Program-made: the position numbers and the translations under genes
The notes under the pieces: model-generated
The model's database searches: none
What the model was told of the DNA's origin: nothing
Seen by the model: the letters and a program-made list of their open reading frames with translations, nothing else
In this document: positions 24,994-35,773 of the stretch, one piece after another
How positions within the stretch are numbered: the stretch's first letter is position 1
Layout: the number at the start of each line of letters is the position of its first letter
Assembly: GCA_964547995.1 (NCBI GenBank)
Contig: CAZJRB010000045.1
Span: 1 to 49,399 of the forward strand
Direction: 5' to 3'
Source of the DNA: an uncultured Planctomycetaceae bacterium
GTDB lineage: Bacteria; Planctomycetota; Planctomycetia; Pirellulales; Thermoguttaceae
DNA length: 49,399 bases

Positions 24994-27900
24994 ATGGCGG
25001 AGAAGTTCGATCCGTATCACGTGTGGTTGTCAATTTCGCCGGAAGAGCAACCCCCAACGCTCTATCGTCTGCTGGGGCTGCGGCCATTTGAGGACAACCT
25101 CGATGTGATCGAGAACGCCGCCGACCGCCAGATGACCCACCTCCGGACGTACCAGGCGGGCAAACACTCGGCCGAGTCCCAAAAGCTGCTCAACCAGATC
25201 GCCTCCGCCAAACTCAATCTGCTGAAGCCCGAGAAAAAAGCGGAATACGACAAACTACTTCGGGAACAAATGAACCTGGAAGCGGAGTCCGTGTTGGATG
25301 ACGAGTCCTCCGTGCGCCAGGAAGAACTCTCGATGACTCTGGTTGGGTTCTTGGAAGCGATCCAAGCCGAGAAGGAACAGAAAGCCGAGGGAAAGCCCGG
25401 CCACTTCGACCCGTATGAGGAATGGCTGGCCATTGCGCCGGAGGAGCAACCGCCCACGCTCTATCGACTGTTGGGACTTCGGCCGCTGGAAGACAACCGC
25501 AACACGATCAAGGACGCAGCCAAGCGGCGAACGGCCCATCTTCGGGAGTTCGTTTCGGACGAACACGGGGACGAGGCACGGAAGCTGCTGACCCAAGTCT
25601 CTTCGGCCAGACTCACGCTGCTGAATCGGAATAAGAAAGCCGATTACGACAGGTTACTTCGACAGCGGACGAAGTTGGAGGACGAAGGTTCGCAACCGGA
25701 CGAAGAGCTTTCGACCACCTTGGCGGGGTTCCTGGCAGCGGTTGACGTGGAAAAGGCAAAGCCTGCGGAACCACGAAAGCCGCCCAAGCAAAGCGAAGCT
25801 GCTACACCTGCTGATAAGGCGGCTGGGGAACGGCGGTTTATGATCGGTGCAGCGGTTGGGGTCGGTATCCTGTTGCTGCTGGTGATCGCCGTGTTGGCCG
25901 TGAAGTTCGGGGGCGGTAAGCAGGAAGAGAAGCCGAAGGAGGACAATTGGCTAGCCGACATCGGACAGCAGCGTGAATTATCAAGGCCGACAAAGCCGGC
26001 ACCGCCACAGACCCAAAAGCCCACGCCGCCTCCGCGCAAACGTTCCAGCAAGGCGCCTGCGGGAACCGACCGTGTATCTTCGCCTGAAGCACCCGTAAAG
26101 TCGGGCGGTCTTCTTGCTCATTACACATTCGACACGAACGCAAGCGACAGTCAAGGCGGCCACGACGGCAAACTCGTCGGCAACGCGTCCATCGTTAGCG
26201 ACCCTGACCGCGGCGGTGTGCTGCAACTCGACGGCGACGGCGATTACGTGTTGCTCGGGGAGTTCGGTCTGACCGGAGACGGATACTCGGTCGGCTGCTG
26301 GTTCAAGACGAGCGCCACAGGTCACCGAACGATCCTTTCGGCAGCCAGAGGGTCCGGGGGATACGCCATGTTGCTGGAAGCCAAGGAAGGCACACTGCGG
26401 TATCTCCATCGTTTCCCCTTTGGCGGAAGCAGCGGAACGGACATTTATTCGCCTGGTACATATCACGACGGGCGCTGGCACCACGTCCTCGCGGTTAAGG
26501 ATCCCGCGACGACGACACTGTATGTCGACGGGATCAAAGTGGGTTCAGCAGGGAACTCGACGACGTTTAACGCGCCCGTGGAGACTGTAGCCGGGAGACT
26601 GATTGGTGATTCTGGCCCCAGGTTCTTCGCCGGCCAGATCGACGACGTGCGCGTTTACGATCGGGCTCTCAGCCTGCAGGAGGCCGCGGAACTGGCAAAC
26701 CCAACCACCGCCCGACCCGCCGATACGGTTGCCCTTACGCCGGACGGGCTACCCGTGGAACCGCGAACACCTGACCCCGAGTCACCGACGTCTGAATCGG
26801 GAGCACCAACAGCAAAGAAACTTGCCGTCCCACCGCCGGATGAGCAACAGAAGATGGGCGAGGCGATCGAGGGTTCTTACAAGATTTCGGAGGCCCGGTC
26901 GGCGGAAGATAGACTGCGACTTGCCGGGGAATTGTTCGCGGCGGGCAAGAAGTCGCAGGGCGAGCCGGTCGAGAAATTCGTGTTGCTCCGCAAAGCAATG
27001 GAACTTGCCCAAAGCGGCGGCGATGCCGGGTTGATGATGGAAGCTGTCGATGCGATCAGTAACGAGTTTGATGTCAATGCCCTTGATGTCAAGCAGAAGG
27101 TTCTGGCCGGTTTCGCTTCGGGTGCTTCCAATCTTGAAGAGATCAAATCGTTTGTCGAAGCCACTGATCCGGTAATCGACGAGGCAATTGCCGATGGCCG
27201 CTATGATATTGCCGTGAACATCGCCGAGATAGCTTATCGGCTTGCCAGCGGAGAAGGAGATGCGGAGTTACGCAAACGAACCTATGATCGCCGGAACTCG
27301 GTTAGGAAGCTGGCTTTGAAGTGGCAGGGACTAACAGATGCCAGGAACACGTTAAAGACCACCCCCGACAATCCGGCCGCCAATCTGGCCGTAGGACGTT
27401 GGTTCTGCTTCGAGCGAGGTGATTGGAAACAGGGCTTGCCGCATCTTGCGAAGTGCAGCAGCCCCGCCTTGAAAGGCATTGCCGCCCAGGAGGTAAACTC
27501 CCCTCCGGCAACCCCCGATGCCCAGGTCAAGCTCGCCGATGCTTGGTGGAATTTGGCAGAAAAGGTCGAGGGCAAGACGAAGGATTCTTTGATGGCCCAT
27601 GCGGGCCAGTGGTATGGCAAAGCTTTAGATGGTTTACCGGAAGGTTTTGCCAAAGCGAAGGTGAAGAAGAGGTTGGAGGAGGCCGGGGAGGTTGCGGAGG
27701 TTGCTGTGGAAGGGCCGGAGGAGCCGCGTTTTGATCCAACGACCGCTAAGCTCCTGTGGACTCTTGAGGATCATAAGGCTGAAATACGGCGCGTGGCCTT
27801 CAGTCCGCAAGGCTCGATTCTCGCGTCAGCGGGCTTTGACAGCACCATAGGGCTGTGGGACGTCACCACGGGTAAGCTAGAGAAAACACTGTCGGCGCCC

Positions 27901-30357
27901 GAACCGCGTGTATGTACTGTCTGCTTCAGTCCTGACGGTCGCACATTGTTTTCCGGAGGCGGTCAGGAAACATCGGGCACTGGCCCCACTGCTGTTAGTG
28001 TATGGTCTCTGACTACTGGTCGACTCACAAGAAAACTCGATGGGCATAAAGACGCCGTGTGGACTGTCGATTCGAGCCCTGACGGGGCGTTGCTGGCTTC
28101 AGGTGGTCCTGATGCCAGCGTGAAGATTTGGGACATTGCTACGGGCCGCGCGGTCCGAACGTTCACCGGTCACACGGCCAGCGTGCAATCCGTCCGATTC
28201 AGCCCGGATCAGTCGATCCTTGCATCGGGAGGCAACGACAAGAAGATCATCCTATGCGAGTTGGCGACCGGGAAGCTTCGCATTCTGGACGCGGGCGAAG
28301 CAAACATCACAAACCTCGCATTCAGTCCCGATGGCCGGACTCTGGCTTCCGCGAGTGCCGGCGGGGTCGTAGGACTGTGGGATGTACGTACAGGGCAAGC
28401 TCGGCACACACTGAAGGGCCACGCCGGCAACGTTTTCGGTGTCGCATTTTCCCCGGACGGGTCGGTATTGGCGTCGGGAGGCCTTGACAAGGTAGTGAAA
28501 CTCTGGGATCCAGCTACGGGAGAACAGCTTCGCATGCTCGCGGGACACCAAGGCACGGTGTGGTGCGTTGCGTTCTGTCCGGACGGTTCAAAGTTGGCCT
28601 CCGCGAGTGTCGACAAGACAATCAAGATCTGGGGCTTCTCCAAAACCACGGAAACTTCCGCAAGCGCAAGCCGGGTTCGTATTGAAGACTGCACGGTGAC
28701 ATGGAATAGCAAATACTCTCCTGCCCGGTGTGACCCGGGCGATCCTCATTGTAAGCTCCTCAAGCAGAATCCATATACCTTGGGATTTGAAGATTGGACC
28801 GATGAGGGATATGATGACATCTGCCTGCAGTTTGCACAGTTGGCAAACGGTGATATCGAGATTACCGTCGTTGGGTTGAATAGCACGGGCCAGAACGGCA
28901 AATTCAATGTAGTCGCACCAGACGGAAAAGTAATTTCCGGCCTGGAGAATCTTCGTAGAGAGGATGTCGGCACGAAGGGCATTCTCAAAGGCTTCTACAA
29001 AACCACTAAACCCAAGCCAACTCCCACCCCAACCACTACCTCAAAACTCCCCAGAGAATTCTCAATCGACCTCCCCGGCGGGGTGAAGATGGAATTTGTT
29101 CCGATCCCCGCCGGTGAGTTTATGATGGGTTCGTCCAAGGCGGAATTCGAGACCGCCCTGAAGGAAGCGAAAACCAAGCACTCCGGTTTGGCACTCGGCC
29201 TTATTCAAGCCGAGGTCCCTCAACATGACGTTAAGATCACAAGGCCCTTCTATCTGGGCAAATACGAAGTTACCCAGCAGCAGTGGCAGGCAATCATGGC
29301 CGACAACCCGAGCGAATTCAAGGAGCCGGACAATCCCGTCGAAAGGGTGAACTGGAACGACTGCCAGGAGTTCCTCGCAAAACTCAATAAGAAATGCGCG
29401 ACGGCCGGCATGAGGTTTACGTTGCCGACCGAGGCTCAATGGGAATATGCCTGTCGCGCGGGAACGACGACCCGGTACGGCTTCGGCGACGACGAGGCAA
29501 AGCTCGGCGACTACGCCTGGTTCAGCGATAATTCCGAGAAAAAAACGCATCCGGTGGGCCAAAAAATACCCAATGCCTGGGGGCTCCATGACATGCACGG
29601 GAACGTCTGGGAATGGTGTGCCGATTGGTTCTGGGAGGACTATTACAAGCGGTCCCCGACAAACGACCCTACCGGCCCGTCCGGCTCAATTTGCGCGTTT
29701 CGAGGCGGCTTTCGGGGCGGCAGCCGGTGTGATAGCACCGTGGGATGCCGATCCGCACAACGCTACATCAGCCAGCCCGTGAGTCGTTATGGAAACGTCG
29801 GGTTTCGCGTATTGTATTCGCGCAGCAGCGCAGGTGCATCGAGCAGCAAAACGCCTCCTTGCAAGGTATTTCCCGTTGGTCGCTGGGTTCCGCTGCTGAC
29901 TTCGTCGGACAAATTGGTTGGGTGGGGAGGAGTCAATGAGAAGGTGAAGTATTCAAATGGAGTTATTGAGTTGAATGATCGTGGGCTGTCCTACCCTGTC
30001 GTGGCGAAGGATATGATTATCCGTGCCAAGGTAAAGAAAGTCTCGGGAAGCTCGCTTTCTCTTTGGCTTCGCGACGGGTACGAAGGCAAATGGAAGGGAG
30101 ACAACCGATTTGAGATTCTGAAAGCCGTACCTGGGAAAGGTCACGCGAGCCTCAAGAGCTACACAACCCCGCTATCCTATCGTAACGGCTTTGAACTTGG
30201 CTTCGCTGCCATCGGGGATGTGCTAACCGTTTTTGTCAATAGACAGCCGATTATGGAAGTGCGAGACTCGATGTTCAAGGAGGGTAAATCGAGACTGTCG
30301 GCATCCGCTGGCACCTCTCTCTTCCGCGACGTGGAGATCCAAATCTTGAAGAAATAG
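24994..30357 (+). CDS. 1787-aa multidomain protein: tandem ~85-aa J-like helical repeats, TM helix, LamG/concanavalin-like, helical linker, 7x WD40, FGE-sulfatase (SUMF1-like) domain, C-terminal DUF1080-like jellyroll
   Basis: Repeats FDPY..WL.I.PEEQPPTLYRLLGLRP at aa 5 and 137. LamG block around HDGRWHHVLAV. WD40 units (AFSPDG...LWD). RVNWNDCQEF...[18 protein letters not shown] is the FGE-sulfatase signature. Confidence 0.8.
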   Translation: MAEKFDPYHVWLSISPEEQPPTLYRLLGLRPFEDNLDVIENAADRQMTHLRTYQAGKHSAESQKLLNQIASAKLNLLKPEKKAEYDKLLREQMNLEAESVLDDESSVRQEELSMTLVGFLEAIQAEKEQKAEGKPGHFDPYEEWLAIAPEEQPPTLYRLLGLRPLEDNRNTIKDAAKRRTAHLREFVSDEHGDEARKLLTQVSSARLTLLNRNKKADYDRLLRQRTKLEDEGSQPDEELSTTLAGFLAAVDVEKAKPAEPRKPPKQSEAATPADKAAGERRFMIGAAVGVGILLLLVIAVLAVKFGGGKQEEKPKEDNWLADIGQQRELSRPTKPAPPQTQKPTPPPRKRSSKAPAGTDRVSSPEAPVKSGGLLAHYTFDTNASDSQGGHDGKLVGNASIVSDPDRGGVLQLDGDGDYVLLGEFGLTGDGYSVGCWFKTSATGHRTILSAARGSGGYAMLLEAKEGTLRYLHRFPFGGSSGTDIYSPGTYHDGRWHHVLAVKDPATTTLYVDGIKVGSAGNSTTFNAPVETVAGRLIGDSGPRFFAGQIDDVRVYDRALSLQEAAELANPTTARPADTVALTPDGLPVEPRTPDPESPTSESGAPTAKKLAVPPPDEQQKMGEAIEGSYKISEARSAEDRLRLAGELFAAGKKSQGEPVEKFVLLRKAMELAQSGGDAGLMMEAVDAISNEFDVNALDVKQKVLAGFASGASNLEEIKSFVEATDPVIDEAIADGRYDIAVNIAEIAYRLASGEGDAELRKRTYDRRNSVRKLALKWQGLTDARNTLKTTPDNPAANLAVGRWFCFERGDWKQGLPHLAKCSSPALKGIAAQEVNSPPATPDAQVKLADAWWNLAEKVEGKTKDSLMAHAGQWYGKALDGLPEGFAKAKVKKRLEEAGEVAEVAVEGPEEPRFDPTTAKLLWTLEDHKAEIRRVAFSPQGSILASAGFDSTIGLWDVTTGKLEKTLSAPEPRVCTVCFSPDGRTLFSGGGQETSGTGPTAVSVWSLTTGRLTRKLDGHKDAVWTVDSSPDGALLASGGPDASVKIWDIATGRAVRTFTGHTASVQSVRFSPDQSILASGGNDKKIILCELATGKLRILDAGEANITNLAFSPDGRTLASASAGGVVGLWDVRTGQARHTLKGHAGNVFGVAFSPDGSVLASGGLDKVVKLWDPATGEQLRMLAGHQGTVWCVAFCPDGSKLASASVDKTIKIWGFSKTTETSASASRVRIEDCTVTWNSKYSPARCDPGDPHCKLLKQNPYTLGFEDWTDEGYDDICLQFAQLANGDIEITVVGLNSTGQNGKFNVVAPDGKVISGLENLRREDVGTKGILKGFYKTTKPKPTPTPTTTSKLPREFSIDLPGGVKMEFVPIPAGEFMMGSSKAEFETALKEAKTKHSGLALGLIQAEVPQHDVKITRPFYLGKYEVTQQQWQAIMADNPSEFKEPDNPVERVNWNDCQEFLAKLNKKCATAGMRFTLPTEAQWEYACRAGTTTRYGFGDDEAKLGDYAWFSDNSEKKTHPVGQKIPNAWGLHDMHGNVWEWCADWFWEDYYKRSPTNDPTGPSGSICAFRGGFRGGSRCDSTVGCRSAQRYISQPVSRYGNVGFRVLYSRSSAGASSSKTPPCKVFPVGRWVPLLTSSDKLVGWGGVNEKVKYSNGVIELNDRGLSYPVVAKDMIIRAKVKKVSGSSLSLWLRDGYEGKWKGDNRFEILKAVPGKGHASLKSYTTPLSYRNGFELGFAAIGDVLTVFVNRQPIMEVRDSMFKEGKSRLSASAGTSLFRDVEIQILKK

Positions 30358-30488
30358 CAGCAGGGTAGTACAAGCGAAACACCGGCCCGCTAAACGCCGG
30401 GCTTCGGGCCGGCACGGGGAGAAGCATTACGGGCATTCCAGTGGAGATTCTTCGCTGCGCTCAGAATGACATTCCTGAAACCCGTAAG

Positions 30489-33400
30489 TTATTTCTCAGT
30501 CTTCTTGCCCGGGTTTTTCTCCGTTTTCTTCGCCGGCGCCGCTTCTGGCGGCGCTTTCTTCGGCGGCAAGAGCGATTCGGTCTTTATGTCCCAGAGGATG
30601 ATTTTCCGGTCGGCCCCGGCGGAAGCCATGGTCTTTCCGTCGGGCGAAAAGGCAACGGCTAGAACCTCTTTGTCGTGCGCCCCGCTGATTCCCAGCTCCT
30701 TGCCCGTCCTAGGGTTCCATACCCGAAATCCGTTCTCGCCCCCGGCGGAAACGACGACCGTTCCGTCGGGCGAAAAGGCGATCGAGCGGACCGGTCCCTT
30801 ATGGCCGACAAGCGTTGCTTGTTCCTTGTCGTTTAAGAAATCCCAAAGGAGGATCGAGGTGTCGCGCGACGTCTTGGCCAGGGTCTTGCCGTCGGCGGAG
30901 ATGGCCACGATAGGCGGTTCGTCGGTCTGCGCACGAAACGCTCCGAGGAGGAAGGCCCCGTCGGGATAGTACAACGTTACCCACCCCTCGCCTCCGGCGG
31001 CGAGCATTTTACCGTCGGGCGAGTAGATCAACGTGCCGATCCCCTGGTCGAATCCGTCGAGGGTATTCTTGGGTGAACCGCTCTTGAGTTCCCAAAGCGT
31101 GATTCTGTTCCCGTTGCCGGCCGCGGCGAGGATATTGTCCTTCGGCGAGAAGGCCACCGTCCAGACGGACCCACCCTTTCCCTTGAGCACCCTCGGCTTC
31201 TCGCCCGGTTTGTCGGTCGGCCAGATCCTGATCGTGTCCGAGCCGTCCGCGGCTGTTACGCTTCTTCCATCGCGCGAGAACGAAAGGCTTCGGACGGCCG
31301 CCGACATTCCTCCAAAAACTTGTACCGGCTCGCCGGAGCGGACGTCCCATAGTCGGATCGTCTGGTCGGCGGCTGCGGAGGCCAGCTTATCGCTGTCGGG
31401 CGAGAACGCCAGCGAGCGAACCGCCCCTTCGTGGCCGGTAAGCACGTCTCGGATGACAAAACCCGGCGGCGGCTTCGGCTCATCCAGCTTCCGGATAACC
31501 GGCGGCGGATACTTCGGCGCATCTTCGCGTTCCTTGTATTCCCAGCCGGGGTCGATGGGGATGTTCCAAAGCTGGACCGTTTTGTCGGCGCTGGCCGACG
31601 CCAGGGTTCGCCCATCGGGTGAGAAGGCCAGCGACGTAACCTCCTTTTTGTGCCCGGTCAGGACCTGCTTTTCCCGCCCGGTGCGAGCATCCCAAAGCCG
31701 GATCGTCGCGTCATCGCCGCCGGAAACCAGAGTTTTTCCGTCGGGCGAGAACGCCACGCAGCGGACCTCGCCGCTGTGCCCCTGAAGCGGCGCTCGTATC
31801 AAACGCCGGCTTGCAACGTCCCACAACCTGATCGTCTCATCGGTACTGCCGGAAACGAGGGTCTGACCGTCGGGCGAGAAGACAACACACCGCACACCGC
31901 CCGAGTGGCCGCGGAGAGTCGCTATCTCCGTGCCCGTTAAGTCCCAAAGCTTCACCATCGAATCACTGCCGGCCGAAGCGACGATCTCCGCCCCGGGTGC
32001 GTAGGCCACGGAGAGCACCGACCCGTCGTGGGCGTCGATGCTTCGCGGTTCCTTGGGTTCGCCGATCGCGGGATCCCAGAACTTCACCGTGCTGTCGTAG
32101 CCCCCCGAAACCAGCAGACCGCCATCCGGGGAAAAGGCCAGACTGCGGACTTCGTCGTTATGGGCGGCGATCTTGGGGCCCTTCTCAAAGGCCGCCGCGC
32201 CCGTATCCCAAGTCCGGATCGCCCCGTCCTCTCCCCCGGAAACCAACGTCCGGCCATCGGGAGAAAAGGTCACCGACCGCACCTTTCCCTGGCCCTCGTT
32301 TTCCGGAAGCGTCTGCCACGGTTTGCTCGCGTTGTTCGTGTCCCAAACCTTGATGACATCGTCCACACCCGCCGAAACCAACGTTTGATTGTTGGGTGAG
32401 AACGCCACCGACCAGACCTCGTGGTCGTGATAGAGAGTTTCCCTTGGAGTCGCGAGATTGTTTTTCCCGTTGTGCTCTTTGTACCACCACCACGCGCCCA
32501 AGGCGCCGGCTCCTGCGAGCAACAACAGGCACATCAACGCCACCAGGGGCCATCGCCGCTTGCGGCGTCGGCGTGCAGGCCGCATGGGCGGCTCGAACCA
32601 GGGCGATTCCGGTCCCTGGGTGGCCGTCAGAGCCGACTCGCGGTGGTGCGGCGTCGACGCGCCCGACCAGAGCGGGTTGACCGGCGGGGATTCCGTCCGC
32701 ACGGCCCTGGCCAGGAGCCCCGGCAAATCGCAGCCGGCCGTGAACGCTTCCAAGTCGGCCGCCACTTCGCCGGGAGTTGCATAGCGATGCGAGGCATCCT
32801 TCGACATCATCCGCTCGACCACCGCGACGAGCGCCTCCGGCACGTCGGTGCGGAACTGCTTCAGCGGCGGCGGCTTGTGTTTCGCATGCGCTTCCTGCTT
32901 CTCAAAAATGCTTTGGTATCGCGAACCGCTGAAGGGCGGGTGCCCTACCAGCAGTTTGTACATCGTGCAGCCGAGCGAGTAAATGTCCGCGCGTATGTCG
33001 ACCTGGTGCGAATTGGAAATTTGCTCGGGCGCCATGTAGTCCGGCGTGCCCATCACCTGGTACACAGCCGTCATCTCTTCGCTCGACATCCGTTCGTCGC
33101 GATGGAAACGGGCCAGCCCGAGGTCCAGGATCTTCACCTGGCCCTTGCGCGCGAGCATCAGGTTCGACGGCTTCACATCGCGGTGTACCATGCGGTGTTC
33201 ATGGGCGGCCTGGAGCCCTTTTGCCACCTGGCGGGCCACTGCGGCCGCGTCCGGCACCGGCAACGGCCCCAGGCGCCGGACCACCTCCGTCAGGTTGAGA
33301 CCCTCGACGTATTCCATCACGAGGAACCGCGTTCCTTCGATTTCCCGGGCGTCGAAGGCCTGGACGATGTTCGGGTGGTTCAGCGCGCCGACGGCGGCCA

Positions 33401-33869
33401 TCTCCCGCTCGAAACGGGCCACGGCCTGGTCGTCCGGGAGATGGTGTTTCGGGAGCACCTTCAGCGCCACTTCCCGGCGGAGCTTGGTATGCAGGGCTTT
33501 GTAAACCGTGCCCATGCCGCCCTGGCCCAACTTCTCGAGCAGTTGGTACTCGCCCAACTGTCCCAGCATGACCGTTTCGCTCGGCGGTCCACTGGCCGAG
33601 ATACCGCCGTGGGAGAGAGATTTGGCGGCGGCTTTCAACTGGGCTAACGCCTGGCCACATTGGGGCTCCTGCACGTACTGACCGGCGGCCATCGGACGCC
33701 GCAGCCGTGCAAGCAGGGTATCGTCCGCGTCATCGAGACCGGCCAGGGCGGCTTGGCACGTAGGGCACGTGTCGATGTGATCGGCCACCGCCTGGAAAAC
33801 ATCCTCGGGGAGTTTTCCCAGCGCGTAAGCAGAAAGCGACTCACGGCTTGGGCAGTTGGCAGCGAACAT
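30489..33869 (-). CDS. Ser/Thr protein kinase with N-terminal zinc-finger-like motif, TM segment and ~14 WD40 repeats
   Basis: Hanks kinase motifs GQGGMGTVYKA, HRDVKPSNL, DLGLA, GTPDYMAPE. CxxC...CxxC at the N-terminus. Repeated AFSPDG..LASG...WD units. Confidence 0.8.
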   Translation of the reverse strand: MFAANCPSRESLSAYALGKLPEDVFQAVADHIDTCPTCQAALAGLDDADDTLLARLRRPMAAGQYVQEPQCGQALAQLKAAAKSLSHGGISASGPPSETVMLGQLGEYQLLEKLGQGGMGTVYKALHTKLRREVALKVLPKHHLPDDQAVARFEREMAAVGALNHPNIVQAFDAREIEGTRFLVMEYVEGLNLTEVVRRLGPLPVPDAAAVARQVAKGLQAAHEHRMVHRDVKPSNLMLARKGQVKILDLGLARFHRDERMSSEEMTAVYQVMGTPDYMAPEQISNSHQVDIRADIYSLGCTMYKLLVGHPPFSGSRYQSIFEKQEAHAKHKPPPLKQFRTDVPEALVAVVERMMSKDASHRYATPGEVAADLEAFTAGCDLPGLLARAVRTESPPVNPLWSGASTPHHRESALTATQGPESPWFEPPMRPARRRRKRRWPLVALMCLLLLAGAGALGAWWWYKEHNGKNNLATPRETLYHDHEVWSVAFSPNNQTLVSAGVDDVIKVWDTNNASKPWQTLPENEGQGKVRSVTFSPDGRTLVSGGEDGAIRTWDTGAAAFEKGPKIAAHNDEVRSLAFSPDGGLLVSGGYDSTVKFWDPAIGEPKEPRSIDAHDGSVLSVAYAPGAEIVASAGSDSMVKLWDLTGTEIATLRGHSGGVRCVVFSPDGQTLVSGSTDETIRLWDVASRRLIRAPLQGHSGEVRCVAFSPDGKTLVSGGDDATIRLWDARTGREKQVLTGHKKEVTSLAFSPDGRTLASASADKTVQLWNIPIDPGWEYKEREDAPKYPPPVIRKLDEPKPPPGFVIRDVLTGHEGAVRSLAFSPDSDKLASAAADQTIRLWDVRSGEPVQVFGGMSAAVRSLSFSRDGRSVTAADGSDTIRIWPTDKPGEKPRVLKGKGGSVWTVAFSPKDNILAAAGNGNRITLWELKSGSPKNTLDGFDQGIGTLIYSPDGKMLAAGGEGWVTLYYPDGAFLLGAFRAQTDEPPIVAISADGKTLAKTSRDTSILLWDFLNDKEQATLVGHKGPVRSIAFSPDGTVVVSAGGENGFRVWNPRTGKELGISGAHDKEVLAVAFSPDGKTMASAGADRKIILWDIKTESLLPPKKAPPEAAPAKKTEKNPGKKTEK

Positions 33870-34145
33870 CTACTCCGTCCCGTCCTCTCAGGCGATTGCC
33901 GGCAACCGACGGCTCATCACGCCTTCCGAGGAACGGTCACCAGACCCTCGCCCTCTATACTAACAAACGAAGCACTTTGACACCAATTTCCGCCACTTTT
34001 GCGGCGTTGACGCAAGTTGGGGGGGCATGTGTCCGTATGTGTCCGGGAGAACCAATTTGGCGAACGCACACCCTCCCTGGGGGAGGTGTGGCAGTTGGGT
34101 TTAGGGGTGCGATCTCAATTGTTTCACCGGTCGTTCGTGGTAGAA

Positions 34146-34905
<760 letters not shown>

Positions 34906-35162
34906 TGGTAGCCCGCTTTGGCAATCCTGCTGCGAATCTCCGTTACGGCTAACTCGTGTGCATGATCCTGCCGGCAGTTTAACGTAGCGAAATTGCGGAA
35001 GCCGCGTAGCAAGAGGTGCTTAGAGATTAGACGCCCAATAGCATTTGGATCCGGATAGACAATCCTCAACCCTCAAGTGGCTCTGAAGTAGTATAGATGA
35101 ATCTGCGGCGGCATTGAAATCGCAGTTCTATCAAGTCCCCGCTGCCCTGGGGATGCTATACT

Positions 35163-35756
35163 TTGGCGTGTACCATGAGATGTCTATTCCATATCCCGAT
35201 CATCCACTCAGCCGCTGATTTCGGGTCGCTTTCCGAATCGGCCAAGGCGCAGTATGTGGAGCAGTTCGACCCGAACGCGTGGGCGCATCACGAGCGGGCG
35301 ATAGAGCAACTCTGGGCTGCTATCCGGCAGAGGGTCGACGTCCTAAACCTTGACTATACGAAAGTGCGCCTCTACCAGGACGGATTGCCGGTCTGTGGAT
35401 TTGAGGAGAAGATCGTTCGGGAAGTCGCCGAGGCCGGGAGTAGCAACCATCAGTTCCTTCTGGAATTGATCGACAAGGGAGCCATGCTGGAAGGCACGGA
35501 GGACCCGCAACTACTCATCCAAGAGTACCAAATGCAGAAGGAGCAACTGGAAGCCGAATCGCAACCGCCCGCCACCGGTGCGGACCGGAAAGTACAGGCG
35601 GATGAACTCCTCGCCGCCCGCGATCGGTTCATTGCCCGGCGCATCGACGAGACACTCAAGGCGGGCGAGACTGGATTGTTGTTCCTCGGAGCCCTGCATC
35701 CCTTGGAAGCGATCTGGTCGACGGGAATTGAGGTGAAGGAGTTGGCGAACCGCTGA
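35163..35756 (+). CDS. hypothetical protein (197 aa)
   Basis: ORF only. No recognised motif. Confidence 0.35.
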   Translation: MACTMRCLFHIPIIHSAADFGSLSESAKAQYVEQFDPNAWAHHERAIEQLWAAIRQRVDVLNLDYTKVRLYQDGLPVCGFEEKIVREVAEAGSSNHQFLLELIDKGAMLEGTEDPQLLIQEYQMQKEQLEAESQPPATGADRKVQADELLAARDRFIARRIDETLKAGETGLLFLGALHPLEAIWSTGIEVKELANR

Positions 35757-35773
35757 ACACGCCTGCGGTAGCG

